Shown: piece by piece, positions 42,292-51,553 of the stretch
Layout of the letters: every line of letters begins with the position of its first letter
Numbering within the stretch: position 1 is the stretch's first letter
NCBI GenBank assembly: GCA_017991775.1
Contig: JAGOPV010000003.1
Span: forward strand, 1-59,170
Direction of reading: 5' to 3'
DNA from: Candidatus Levyibacteriota bacterium
Lineage (GTDB): Bacteria; Patescibacteriota; Microgenomatia; Levybacterales; UBA12049
DNA length: 59,170 nt
Notes under the pieces: model-generated
Databases searched by the model: none
What the model was told of the DNA's origin: nothing
What the model saw: the letters and a program-made list of their open reading frames with translations, nothing else
Program-made: the position numbers and the translations under genes

Positions 42292-43425
42292 ATGAAACTC
42301 TTACTGCTCGTTTTAGCAGGAATACTACTTTTCCTACCCGCTCGAGCTCATGCCGCTGAAAACCCACTTAGCAGACCTAACAACAAAGTTGGGATACATA
42401 TCCTTTTCCCAACAGAACTCGCTGACGCCGCTAAGCTTGTAAATAATAATGGAGACTGGGGATATGTCATCATCCCGATTCAGTCAAATGACAAAGACAT
42501 CAAAAAATGGCAGACTTTCCTCAATGAAGCAGGTAGACTTCATCTCATCCCAATTCTCAGACTAGCAACCGAGGGTGATTACTTTAATACCAGTGTTTGG
42601 CGTAAGCCAACTGAGGTGGATGTCCTAGACTTCGCTAACTTTCTTAGCTCACTCACTTGGCCTACTAAGAATAGATATATCATCCCTTTTAATGAGGTCA
42701 ATCGTGGAGACGAATGGGGTGGATCTGCAGACCCAAAAGACTATGCGACTCTACTTTCATACGCTGTGACGGCTTTTAAATCTCGCAATCAGGACTTCTT
42801 CATCATCGGAGGTGGATTTGATAATGCTGCTCCAAATAATGGGACACAATACAGGGATCAGTACTCCTTTATGAAGGAAATGAACACTGCAGTTCCAGGA
42901 ATTTTCAATCAAATAGATGGATTCGCAAGTCACTCATATCCTAATCCTGGTTTTTCTCAACCACCAGATGTCCATACTTCCAAAAGTATCACTAGTTTTC
43001 GCTTTGAGAGAGATCTTATCGATGCACTTTCTGACAAAGACCTCCCCATCTTTATCACAGAGACTGGTTGGTCTGGGAATGAAGTAAGTGATGAAAAGAG
43101 GGCCGAGTATTATAAAACCGCATTTGAGTCAGTCTGGAATGATCCAGATATCGTAGCCGTCATGCCATTTCTTTTCAGAGCAAGCGGACAGTTCGAGCAC
43201 TTCTCATTTCTCACTTCATCAGGCAACTCTACTAAACAGTACGACGCTCTCAAAGATATCGCAAAAACGAAAGGCTCTCCAACACTGCCTAAAGTGCTTG
43301 GCGCAACAGTCGAACCTACACAAAAAATTGTTAAAAAATCATTTCCTAAAAAAGAAATCCAGGACGATAGGAAATCATTCAACCAAGTACTTGTCTCGAT
43401 CTATGAATGGGTAAACCACCTCTAG
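42292..43425 (+). CDS. secreted hypothetical protein, possible clan GH-A-like glycoside hydrolase
   Basis: Signal peptide. The FITETGW motif resembles the nucleophile strand of (beta/alpha)8 glycosidases. Weak assignment. Confidence 0.4.
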   Translation: MKLLLLVLAGILLFLPARAHAAENPLSRPNNKVGIHILFPTELADAAKLVNNNGDWGYVIIPIQSNDKDIKKWQTFLNEAGRLHLIPILRLATEGDYFNTSVWRKPTEVDVLDFANFLSSLTWPTKNRYIIPFNEVNRGDEWGGSADPKDYATLLSYAVTAFKSRNQDFFIIGGGFDNAAPNNGTQYRDQYSFMKEMNTAVPGIFNQIDGFASHSYPNPGFSQPPDVHTSKSITSFRFERDLIDALSDKDLPIFITETGWSGNEVSDEKRAEYYKTAFESVWNDPDIVAVMPFLFRASGQFEHFSFLTSSGNSTKQYDALKDIAKTKGSPTLPKVLGATVEPTQKIVKKSFPKKEIQDDRKSFNQVLVSIYEWVNHL

Positions 43426-43430
43426 CCATT

Positions 43431-43530
43431 CAGGAACTAGAAACTAGGAACTAGAAACTAGGGGCTAGGAACTAGTTCATTCATAATAGGCTTAACAACT
43501 AACTCCCAATTCCTAACAACTAACTCCTCA
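43431..43530. repeat. heptad-phased imperfect inverted repeat (six CTAG at exact 7-nt spacing)
   Basis: The 5' arm has CTAG ending at 43440, 43447, 43454, 43461, 43468 and 43475. The 3' arm has CTAA/CCAA/CTAA/CTAA/CTCA starting at 43499, 43506, 43513, 43520 and 43527. Confidence 0.75.
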
Positions 43531-43551
43531 GTCTTACGGTATAATCCACTA

Positions 43552-44244
43552 ATGATTACCATCATTCACGGCGATGATATCGCCTCATCTCGCAACTACC
43601 TCAATGACATCAAGTCCAAATTCCCTGAGGGAATCCAGATATCTCCTGAGTCACTTAATATGACAGATCTCTCGCAAAGAATTGATGGTGGTGGCTTTTT
43701 TGAAACTGAGAAAGTCATCATCATAGAGCAGCTTTATGTGAAGAGAAAAGCCAAAAAAGAATTTGAGGCTATCGTGGAGTATCTTAAAAGCAAAACACTT
43801 GAAAATGAAATCTATATTTGGGAGAACAAAGAGTTGGATAAAAAATCACTTTCCCTATTTAATCACCCAACCATCAAGACATATAAGCTCCCCCAAACAC
43901 TCTTTTTCTTCCTTGACGCTATCAAGCCTGGGGCTGGTAAGGAGCTCGTACGCATGTATCATGAAACACTCAAAACAACTGACGCTGAGATGGTCTTCTT
44001 TATGCTCATTCGCCATATTCGACTCCTTTTGGCTCTTCAAACACCATCTAGTGAAACAATCGATGAAGCCAAAAGACTCGCCCCATGGCAGCAAGGGAAA
44101 GTTGCAAGACAAGCCAAATTATTCTCAGAGTCTCAGCTTTTACAAATACATGAACAGCTTTTTACACTTGATAAAGAGCAAAAAACAGGCGAATTAAGCA
44201 TGCCACTCAATCTTGCCATTGACATTTTATTACTGCAGATCTAA
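43552..44244 (+). CDS. possible DNA polymerase III delta subunit (short form)
   Basis: 230 aa. N-terminal IIHGDD..., GGGFFETEKVIIIE and a helical C-terminus resemble HolA. Weak assignment. GGTATAAT lies 6 nt upstream of the ATG. Confidence 0.45.
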   Translation: MITIIHGDDIASSRNYLNDIKSKFPEGIQISPESLNMTDLSQRIDGGGFFETEKVIIIEQLYVKRKAKKEFEAIVEYLKSKTLENEIYIWENKELDKKSLSLFNHPTIKTYKLPQTLFFFLDAIKPGAGKELVRMYHETLKTTDAEMVFFMLIRHIRLLLALQTPSSETIDEAKRLAPWQQGKVARQAKLFSESQLLQIHEQLFTLDKEQKTGELSMPLNLAIDILLLQI

Positions 44245-44267
44245 GATAATTTTTATTCTACTCATCT

Positions 44268-46088
44268 ATGGACGAAGCAATTAAAGACATTCTCTCCTCA
44301 GCTCTCCAAGAAAAAAAGCTCAATCAAACAGCATTTGATGAAATCTCCAAATGGTTTACGGAAGAAGAATTCAAGGAATTTATTCCCGAACTAACAAAGC
44401 AGGTTCATGAAGGAAATTGGGAAGACCTTATGGATAAGTTTTACAGAGTAGTAATCTTTGGAACAGGTGGAATTCGTGGACTTATGGATGTTGGAACCAA
44501 TAGAGTCAACAACTATATGATCCGCTGGGCCTCACAGGCTTATGCCCAGTATCTTCTTAAGCACAAATCTGACATGGTAAAAAATGGGGTTGCTCTTGCA
44601 TATGATAGTCGCCATAACTCAGAAGAGTTCGTCAAACAAACTGCAAGAGTGCTAGCTGCAAATGGTATTCCGGTCCATATGTTCAATTATTATAGAGCGA
44701 CGCCAGAGCTTTCCTTCACTGTACGACACTTGGGTTGTGTTGGCGGAATTGTACTTACAGCTAGTCACAATCCACCGAAATATAATGGATATAAAGTCTA
44801 CGATGAAAATGGTATTCAAGTTCTTCCTGAGACTGGAGCACTTATTGAAGCTGAGTTCAAAACAGTAACTGAAATTAAGAAAATTGATTTTGACGAAGCT
44901 AAGGAAAAGGGTCTAATCAAATTTATTGGAGAGGATGTAGACAAGGCTTTCGCAGAAGCCGCAAAGGCAGCAGATATTTACCCGGGAAGAGATATCAAGA
45001 TAGTCTATTCTCCTATGCACGGAGTAGGATCTCAGTCAGTCTTGCCTGTTCTTAAAGAGCTTGGATTCAATGATATTGAATTAGTTGAAGAGCAAATGAG
45101 TCTTGATGGCGATTTTCCAAATGTTGATGGTCAGTTCCCAAATCCAGAATTTCCAAAAGTATATAGGCAGGCTATAGAACTTGCCAAGAAAACTGACGCG
45201 CAAATCGTTCTGCTGTCTGATCCAGACGCTGATAGACTTGGGATGGCTGTCCCAGATAAGAATGGTAATTGGACTCCACTCAATGGCAATCAGGGTGCTG
45301 TAATTATGACCTATTTTATCCTCGACACCTTATCAAAGGCCAATAAAATGCCTACCAACCCCGTTATCGTTAAAACCTCTGTTACAACGGATCTTTTCCG
45401 CGATATCGGAGAAAGTTTTGGGGTGGAAGCAATTGGTGATCTTCTAGTTGGATTTAAATTCATTGGAGATCGTATCCAAAATCTACCTGCGGATAAACAC
45501 TTCATTTTTGCAGCTGAAGAAAGCGTAGGATATCTCTATGGCACAGCCTACAGAGATAAAGGAGCTGAAACTCCAGCAGTTATTGCAGCTGAAATGGCTG
45601 CCTACTGCAAAGATAATAATACAAATCCAATGGATCTTCTTGAATCTATTTACGAAAAGTACGGTTACTATGCTGAGAGCCTCTACTACAAGGTAATTGA
45701 GGGATTTGGCGCGATTGATCAGATGAATCAAGCAATGGTAAAACTACGAGAAGATCTTCCAAAAGAAATTGCTGGTAGAAAAATTGTTAAAGTCCTGGAT
45801 CGACTTACTGGGGAACTTCGAGATGGCCAGACTGGTGATCTAATTGAGACTAGGGCGTGGGATAAGGGCGACATGATCTCATTCTTCTTTACAGACGATG
45901 AGAGGACTGTAGTCCATGCAAGACCTTCTGGAACAGAGCCAAAAATGAAATACTATACGGCTGTTAAGGGAAGGCTTCAGGAAAAATCTAAAGAGGATCT
46001 TACAAAAGAGGCTCAGGCTATAGAGCAAGATATTGCATCCAAATTTGAAGCCATCATTGCAACAATAAAGGTAGACGTATTTAAGTAA
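44268..46088 (+). CDS. phosphoglucomutase/phosphomannomutase family protein
   Basis: TASHNPPKYNGYKV phosphoserine loop and DPDADRLG metal-binding loop. 606 aa. Confidence 0.9.
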   Translation: MDEAIKDILSSALQEKKLNQTAFDEISKWFTEEEFKEFIPELTKQVHEGNWEDLMDKFYRVVIFGTGGIRGLMDVGTNRVNNYMIRWASQAYAQYLLKHKSDMVKNGVALAYDSRHNSEEFVKQTARVLAANGIPVHMFNYYRATPELSFTVRHLGCVGGIVLTASHNPPKYNGYKVYDENGIQVLPETGALIEAEFKTVTEIKKIDFDEAKEKGLIKFIGEDVDKAFAEAAKAADIYPGRDIKIVYSPMHGVGSQSVLPVLKELGFNDIELVEEQMSLDGDFPNVDGQFPNPEFPKVYRQAIELAKKTDAQIVLLSDPDADRLGMAVPDKNGNWTPLNGNQGAVIMTYFILDTLSKANKMPTNPVIVKTSVTTDLFRDIGESFGVEAIGDLLVGFKFIGDRIQNLPADKHFIFAAEESVGYLYGTAYRDKGAETPAVIAAEMAAYCKDNNTNPMDLLESIYEKYGYYAESLYYKVIEGFGAIDQMNQAMVKLREDLPKEIAGRKIVKVLDRLTGELRDGQTGDLIETRAWDKGDMISFFFTDDERTVVHARPSGTEPKMKYYTAVKGRLQEKSKEDLTKEAQAIEQDIASKFEAIIATIKVDVFK

Positions 46089-46873
46089 TGTTTGCCACTA
46101 CAGAACTACTTTCGCTTCAAGAGAAAGTCTCCCAGATTGTTAAAGACTCCTCAAAAATCATACTTGAAAAATGGCAGGACAAGACTCCCTTTACTATTAA
46201 ATCAGACAAAACTCCTGTTACTGAAATAGATACTAGAGTGGAGGATTACTTAAGACGAGAGCTCACTCCTCTTATTCCAGGCTGCGGATTTATCTTAGAG
46301 GAGGGTGAGGATGATGAGAAAAGTGATTATAACTGGGTAATTGACCCGCTCGATCAAACAAAAAATCTCATCGGTAGTCTACCACTATTTTATATTCAAG
46401 TTGCACTCACCCACTATAAGAAGCCGATTCTTGGTGTTATTTTCAACCCAGTCTCTGGACAACTTTTTTCAGGTAGTGAAGGAAACGGGGCATATGTAAA
46501 TGATGTAAAGGTTTCAATTCCTGAGAAATCTGGGAGTATTAATAACTATGTCGATGTTGATTTTGGCAGTGGAGATGATGACCATCAATGGAAACTAAAT
46601 ATTCTTAATTCATTAACTACCTCAGGAGTGAAAATACGACTTACGGGTGCAAGTTTTGCAATCTATATTCTCACAAACGCAATTCAGGGATACCTTGTCC
46701 TCAATCAAAAAACAAAAGTGGTGGATCAAATGCCAAGAATTATACTCATGAAAGAGTTTGGTCTGATAGTTGAAGAGATAGAAATTAATAATAAAAAAGT
46801 AATTGTCGCAGGAAATCCAGAGCTTTTTGACAAGATTGTTAAAGAAATTCAAAATGAACTTGGTCTAAAATAA
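46088..46873 (+). CDS. inositol monophosphatase / FBPase family protein
   Basis: WVIDPLDQTKNLI motif (a DPxDGT variant). 261 aa. Confidence 0.65.
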   Translation: MFATTELLSLQEKVSQIVKDSSKIILEKWQDKTPFTIKSDKTPVTEIDTRVEDYLRRELTPLIPGCGFILEEGEDDEKSDYNWVIDPLDQTKNLIGSLPLFYIQVALTHYKKPILGVIFNPVSGQLFSGSEGNGAYVNDVKVSIPEKSGSINNYVDVDFGSGDDDHQWKLNILNSLTTSGVKIRLTGASFAIYILTNAIQGYLVLNQKTKVVDQMPRIILMKEFGLIVEEIEINNKKVIVAGNPELFDKIVKEIQNELGLK

Positions 46874-46914
46874 GTCTCTTGTAGTAAGGTATTTCTAGTG
46901 GTATTATCATAAAA

Positions 46915-47352
46915 ATGCAGGATTATAAGCAGTTTAAAAAGGACACCTTCTCCAACGAACCATTTGTAATTAAGGTAGACAAGCCGTGGGGCCATGAAAT
47001 TATCTTTACTCCACCTCACCTCCCCTATGCTGGAAAAATCATCCATATTGATGCTGGCAAAAGACTATCCCTTCAAGTCCATGATGAGAAAGTAGAAAGC
47101 TGGATCCTCAAATGTGGCGAGGCTAAAGTGATGTGGGACACTGATGGGGGCGAACTTATCGAGACCACACTTCTCCCAGATCAAGGCTTTACTAGCATGG
47201 TGGGACAGAGACACCGACTCATTGGTGTGACTGACTGCGAGATATTTGAAGTCTCATCTCCTGAAAAAGGCGTGACCTACCGACTTGAAGATGACTACAA
47301 AAGACCCGATGAGACTGAGGAGATGAGGAAGAGTGAGCGTGCTCATGGCTAA
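46915..47352 (+). CDS. cupin-type mannose-6-phosphate isomerase-like protein
   Basis: KPWGHE...LSLQVHDEKVESW cupin motif, as in type II PMI C-terminal domains. Confidence 0.65.
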   Translation: MQDYKQFKKDTFSNEPFVIKVDKPWGHEIIFTPPHLPYAGKIIHIDAGKRLSLQVHDEKVESWILKCGEAKVMWDTDGGELIETTLLPDQGFTSMVGQRHRLIGVTDCEIFEVSSPEKGVTYRLEDDYKRPDETEEMRKSERAHG

Positions 47353-47418
47353 TGGGGAATGGCTACTTATTCTTCGAATGAAATGAGAAGTTAGTTCTCG
47401 CTTTGCTCGAACAATATT

Positions 47419-48462
47419 ATGAAAGACGTTACAGATTTAGAAGCAGTTAAAAAAATAGACCCACAAGACAGTTATCGCTCAACTGAGATGATGGTCGAGC
47501 AGCTCAAAGCTGCATGGGATCAGGTCAACGCGCTTGAGATCAATATCGATGATACAAGAGTCAAGAACATTATATTCTGTGGGATGGGAGCATCTATCTA
47601 TGGCGCACTAGTCATCAAGGCACTCTTAGGTCACGAACTCTCCTACCCGACTGAGGTCATTACTGATTATCACCTCCCTGCGTATGCAAATGAAGAATCG
47701 CTTGTCGTTCTGACATCCTACTCTGGTTCAACTGAAGAAGTCCTCTCTTGCGCAGATGAGGCACTAGCTAAAGGCGCACAAATGATCGTACTCACCAAGG
47801 GTGGTAAGCTGGCAGAATTTGCTAAGACCAATAACGTGCCCGCGTATATCTTTGATGGGGTCCTCAATCCTGCTGGCACTCCCCGACTTGGTAATGGCTA
47901 CACGATCCTAGGACTCATTGGACTTTTGAGCAAAGCTGGCATCATCACTGTTGAGGATCGCGAGATCAAAGATGCACTTACTCGACTTGAGGAGAATAAG
48001 GAAGATATCAAGAAAAAGGCGCTGGTTGATTTTGAGATATTTGAAAATAAGATCCCAATTGTGATTGGAGCAGAGCATCTTTCCGGCAACACGCAAATTC
48101 TTCGTAATCAATTTAACGAGACTAGTAAGACCTTCTCAGCACTTTATCTAGTACCTGATCTAAACCATCATCTTATGGAAGGACTACGATTTCCTAAGCA
48201 CACTCAGCTCCACTTCCTCTTTCTTAACTCTGGTAATTTCTCACCGAAGATCAAAAAACGCATGACACTTACCATGGAAGTAGTTACGCAAAATGAACAT
48301 GTATATCACGAGTTCACCACCTCTGGATCCAGTGTATATGACGATTTCCTGGAGACACTACTCTATGGCAGCTATCTCACACTTTTCTTGGCAATCCGAT
48401 ATGACCAGGATCCAGCCATCAATCCATTTGTAGATTGGTTTAAGGCAAAACTCTCCGAATAA
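47419..48462 (+). CDS. bifunctional phosphoglucose/phosphomannose isomerase (SIS domain)
   Basis: SIS motifs (IIFCGMGASIYGA and VVLTSYSGSTEE). The size and C-terminal region resemble archaeal-type PGI/PMI. Confidence 0.7.
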   Translation: MKDVTDLEAVKKIDPQDSYRSTEMMVEQLKAAWDQVNALEINIDDTRVKNIIFCGMGASIYGALVIKALLGHELSYPTEVITDYHLPAYANEESLVVLTSYSGSTEEVLSCADEALAKGAQMIVLTKGGKLAEFAKTNNVPAYIFDGVLNPAGTPRLGNGYTILGLIGLLSKAGIITVEDREIKDALTRLEENKEDIKKKALVDFEIFENKIPIVIGAEHLSGNTQILRNQFNETSKTFSALYLVPDLNHHLMEGLRFPKHTQLHFLFLNSGNFSPKIKKRMTLTMEVVTQNEHVYHEFTTSGSSVYDDFLETLLYGSYLTLFLAIRYDQDPAINPFVDWFKAKLSE

Positions 48463-48581
48463 CCTCAACTATTAGAGCCTATAGCTTGCATTCTAGATTC
48501 GATTTCAGTATACTGACCTGATACTTTTTCTCTTTCTTATCAACTGCGATTTGATTGATAAAAGTTGCACATTAATATTGC

Positions 48582-48642
48582 TAGAAGACACATGAGTGGC
48601 GAACTGAGTTTCGATACACTATCGAAATTGAGTCGGCCGCTC
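48582..48642 (+). promoter_or_regulatory. extended -10 box (TGCTAGAAG) plus nested leader hairpin
   Basis: TAGAAG at 48582-48587. The outer stem GAGTGGCG (48594-48601) pairs with CGGCCGCTC (48634-48642) with one bulge and one G-T pair. It encloses TTTCGATA-cac-TATCGAAA (48609-48627). Confidence 0.4.
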
Positions 48643-48675
48643 ACGTGAGGGGCATTACAGTCAACAGGAGTTGGA

Positions 48676-49095
48676 ATGAACGGTAGATCGATGGCGAGTA
48701 AAAGAGGGAAGCTTCAACTACCCAGAGGTTTCAAGGACGTTGTCCTTGTTCTCGTGGGGTGTGACGACTTTCAGCAGCTTGCGATCAAGATGCTCACTCT
48801 GAAGGAGATTTCCAATGCTGAGACACGAGTCTACACCTCAGCACCAAAAGGAGGGCAAAAACCGACTGAAATTATTCGTATTTGGGACCTTTCCGGCAAT
48901 GACGGAGACATCCTAAGCGCTCTTAAAGGAGCCATTCGAAGACAAGACCAGTCACACAACATCATTTTGAACAATGTTGATCTATCCGGAATTTTTTCGG
49001 GTCAACCAGGACCGTATATTCATATCTGCAATACGCATGCAGAAGCGATTTCAGTCGCTGAAGAGCACATGCGCAAGCAGGTATACGTCCACTGA
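48676..49095 (+). CDS. hypothetical protein (139 aa)
   Basis: AGGAG lies 5 nt upstream. No recognisable domain. Confidence 0.5.
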   Translation: MNGRSMASKRGKLQLPRGFKDVVLVLVGCDDFQQLAIKMLTLKEISNAETRVYTSAPKGGQKPTEIIRIWDLSGNDGDILSALKGAIRRQDQSHNIILNNVDLSGIFSGQPGPYIHICNTHAEAISVAEEHMRKQVYVH

Positions 49096-49114
49096 TTCTA
49101 GCAATCATTCATCA

Positions 49115-49143
49115 GCCTCTCTGGCCCCATCGGTCAGAGAGGC
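49115..49143 (+). terminator. intrinsic terminator
   Basis: GCCTCTCTG-11 nt-CAGAGAGGC followed by ATTTCTTT. Confidence 0.6.
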
Positions 49144-49199
49144 ATTTCTTTCCTGAGTCTTCTTGCAATTTTTAACACCCCTCCTCATAATAAAAGGTA

Positions 49200-51458
49200 A
49201 TGCCCAAAGTAACTTCCTCCATCCTGTGGTTTAAAGATATCGACAAACATGACATCCCTGTAGTTGGCGGAAAAGGAGCAAATCTAGGCGAAATGACCCA
49301 AGCCAAATTCCCTGTCCCAAATGGATTTGTCGTGACTTCATACGCATACTTTCACTTCCTCAAAGAGAACAATCTCGCAACCAAAATTAATCACCTTATA
49401 GGCACAATTGACTATAATCGACCTGAGTCTATCGATCAGGTAGCGGCCCATATCAGAAAGATGATCATCGCTGAAAAAATGAGCGAGGATCTCATACAGG
49501 AAATATTTAGAGCCTACAAAACGCTTAGTGGTCCTCTCTCGGATGCACTCGTAGCTGTCCGCTCATCTGCTACAGCTGAAGATCTTCCTGGCGCTTCCTT
49601 TGCTGGTCAACAAGAGACCTTTCTTAATGTATCTGGCGAATCAAATGTCATCCAGATGGTGAAGGAAGCGTGGGCTTCTCTTTTTAATGCTCGGGCTGTT
49701 TTTTATCGACATGAACAAAAGTTCGATCATTTCCAGATCGGTATCGCCATAGTAGTTCAGAAAATGATTCTCTCGGAGCAATCAGGCATCATGTTCACGA
49801 TCGATCCAGTTACCAATGACAAGTCTAAAGTCGTGATTGAAGCTATTTATGGACTTGGCGAGATGATCGTCCAAGGACAAGTCACGCCTGATCACTATGA
49901 AGTTGAGAAATCTTCAATGACTATCACACAAAAATCTATTGCGTATCAGAACGTTCGTTTGGACAAAGTAAAAGGACAGAACAAGGAGGTAAAAGTTTCT
50001 GAAAAGGACGGCAAAAAACAGAAGATCAACAACAATCACATCCTCGACCTCGCACTTCTTGGTAAAAAGCTCGAGAAACATTACTACTTCCCCCAAGATA
50101 TCGAATGGGCAATTGATGACTCTGGTGTCTACATCGTGCAGACTCGACCTATCACAACTATTAAAAAGGGTAAGGAAGAAAAGACAGAAGACCTCTCCTC
50201 ACTTCCACTTCTCCTCAAAGGCGCACCTGCCTCCCCTGGCATCGCATCAGGTCTAGTTAAGATCATAAAGAGCGTCGCAGATCTCTCCAAAATGGAGACT
50301 GGTGATATCATGGTTGCCTCCCAAACCAATCCTGATTTTGTCCCGGGCATGAAAAAAGCTGTCGCAATTGTAACTGACAAAGGTGGCCGCACTTCTCACG
50401 CCGCTATCGTCTCGCGAGAACTAGGCATCCCAGCGGTCGTTGGGACTGAAAAGGCTACTCAGATATTGAAAAATGGCATGGCGATCTCCGTCGATGGTGC
50501 GAAAGGCGAAGTCTACAAAGGTGGACATGCGATTATCAACTCAGCCCACAGCAATGTTTCAACAGATCACATCAAAACTTCCACGAAGGTGTATGTCAAT
50601 CTTGCTCAACCTGACCTGGCAGAGAAAGTGGCAGCTCAACATGTTGATGGGATTGGACTCCTACGCGCAGAATTTATCATGGCCAATATAGGCATACATC
50701 CCAAGAAACTCATTCATGATGGCAAGAAGCATCTTTTCATCAACACCATGGCACAAGAATTAGAACGGTTCTGTAAGGCTTTTTACCCACGTCCAGTTGT
50801 CTATAGAGCTTCCGACTTTAAGACCAATGAGTATCGTGGACTTGTAGGTGGTAAAGAGTATGAACCAATTGAACCCAACCCAATGCTAGGATACCGAGGT
50901 GCCTTCAGATACATGCATGATCCAAAGGTATTTGAACTTGAGCTTGAAGCGATCAAAATTGTTCGCAATAAAAAAGGTCTCAAAAATCTCTCCCTAATGG
51001 TGCCATTTGTACGCACAGTCAAAGAACTACGTGAAGTGAAAAAAATCATCTGCAATAGTAGCCTTTATAGATCACCTACCTTTAAGCTCTGGATGATGGT
51101 CGAGATCCCATCAAATGTCATCCTTCTAGAGCAATTTATCAAAGAAGGGCTCGATGGTGTGTCAATCGGCTCAAACGACCTGACCATGCTCATGCTAGGC
51201 ACAGATCGGGACAATAGCGAGGTCGCTTCAGAGTATGACGAGCAAAATGAAGCAGTGCTTTGGGCGCTAGAACATGTGATAAAGACATCTCACAAGCATC
51301 AGGTAACTGTATCTATCTGTGGTCAAGCTCCCTCTCTTTATCCAGAACTTGTTGAAAAACTCGTGTCATGGGGAGTGACAAGTGTTTCTGTCTCTCCAGA
51401 TGTGATCGAGACAGTTCGAAAAAATATTGCAGTAAGTGAGAGGAGACTACTGAAATAG
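49200..51458 (+). CDS. ppsA: phosphoenolpyruvate synthase (pyruvate, water dikinase)
   Basis: VGGKGANLGEM ATP-grasp start, TDKGGRTSHAAIVSRELGIPAVVG phosphohistidine motif and a PEP-utilising TIM-barrel C-terminus. Confidence 0.9.
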   Translation: MPKVTSSILWFKDIDKHDIPVVGGKGANLGEMTQAKFPVPNGFVVTSYAYFHFLKENNLATKINHLIGTIDYNRPESIDQVAAHIRKMIIAEKMSEDLIQEIFRAYKTLSGPLSDALVAVRSSATAEDLPGASFAGQQETFLNVSGESNVIQMVKEAWASLFNARAVFYRHEQKFDHFQIGIAIVVQKMILSEQSGIMFTIDPVTNDKSKVVIEAIYGLGEMIVQGQVTPDHYEVEKSSMTITQKSIAYQNVRLDKVKGQNKEVKVSEKDGKKQKINNNHILDLALLGKKLEKHYYFPQDIEWAIDDSGVYIVQTRPITTIKKGKEEKTEDLSSLPLLLKGAPASPGIASGLVKIIKSVADLSKMETGDIMVASQTNPDFVPGMKKAVAIVTDKGGRTSHAAIVSRELGIPAVVGTEKATQILKNGMAISVDGAKGEVYKGGHAIINSAHSNVSTDHIKTSTKVYVNLAQPDLAEKVAAQHVDGIGLLRAEFIMANIGIHPKKLIHDGKKHLFINTMAQELERFCKAFYPRPVVYRASDFKTNEYRGLVGGKEYEPIEPNPMLGYRGAFRYMHDPKVFELELEAIKIVRNKKGLKNLSLMVPFVRTVKELREVKKIICNSSLYRSPTFKLWMMVEIPSNVILLEQFIKEGLDGVSIGSNDLTMLMLGTDRDNSEVASEYDEQNEAVLWALEHVIKTSHKHQVTVSICGQAPSLYPELVEKLVSWGVTSVSVSPDVIETVRKNIAVSERRLLK

Positions 51459-51549
51459 GATACTGAGATATTGGGATACCATGATACTAAGAGCAATGTA
51501 TTCCTTTTTCTTAATATCTTAATCTCCAAGTATCAAAATATCTAAATCA
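51459..51549. repeat. octad-phased imperfect inverted repeat (GATAY units)
   Basis: GATAC/GATAT/GATAC/GATAC/GAGCA start at 51459, 51467, 51475, 51483 and 51491. On the 3' arm, TATC-type units end at 51518, 51526, 51534 and 51542. Confidence 0.65.
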
Positions 51550-51553
51550 ACGT

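Noticed and set aside
43431-43530. CRISPR array.
   Set aside because: The repeat unit is only 7 nt with no spacers, the two arms are inverted, and no cas genes are present.
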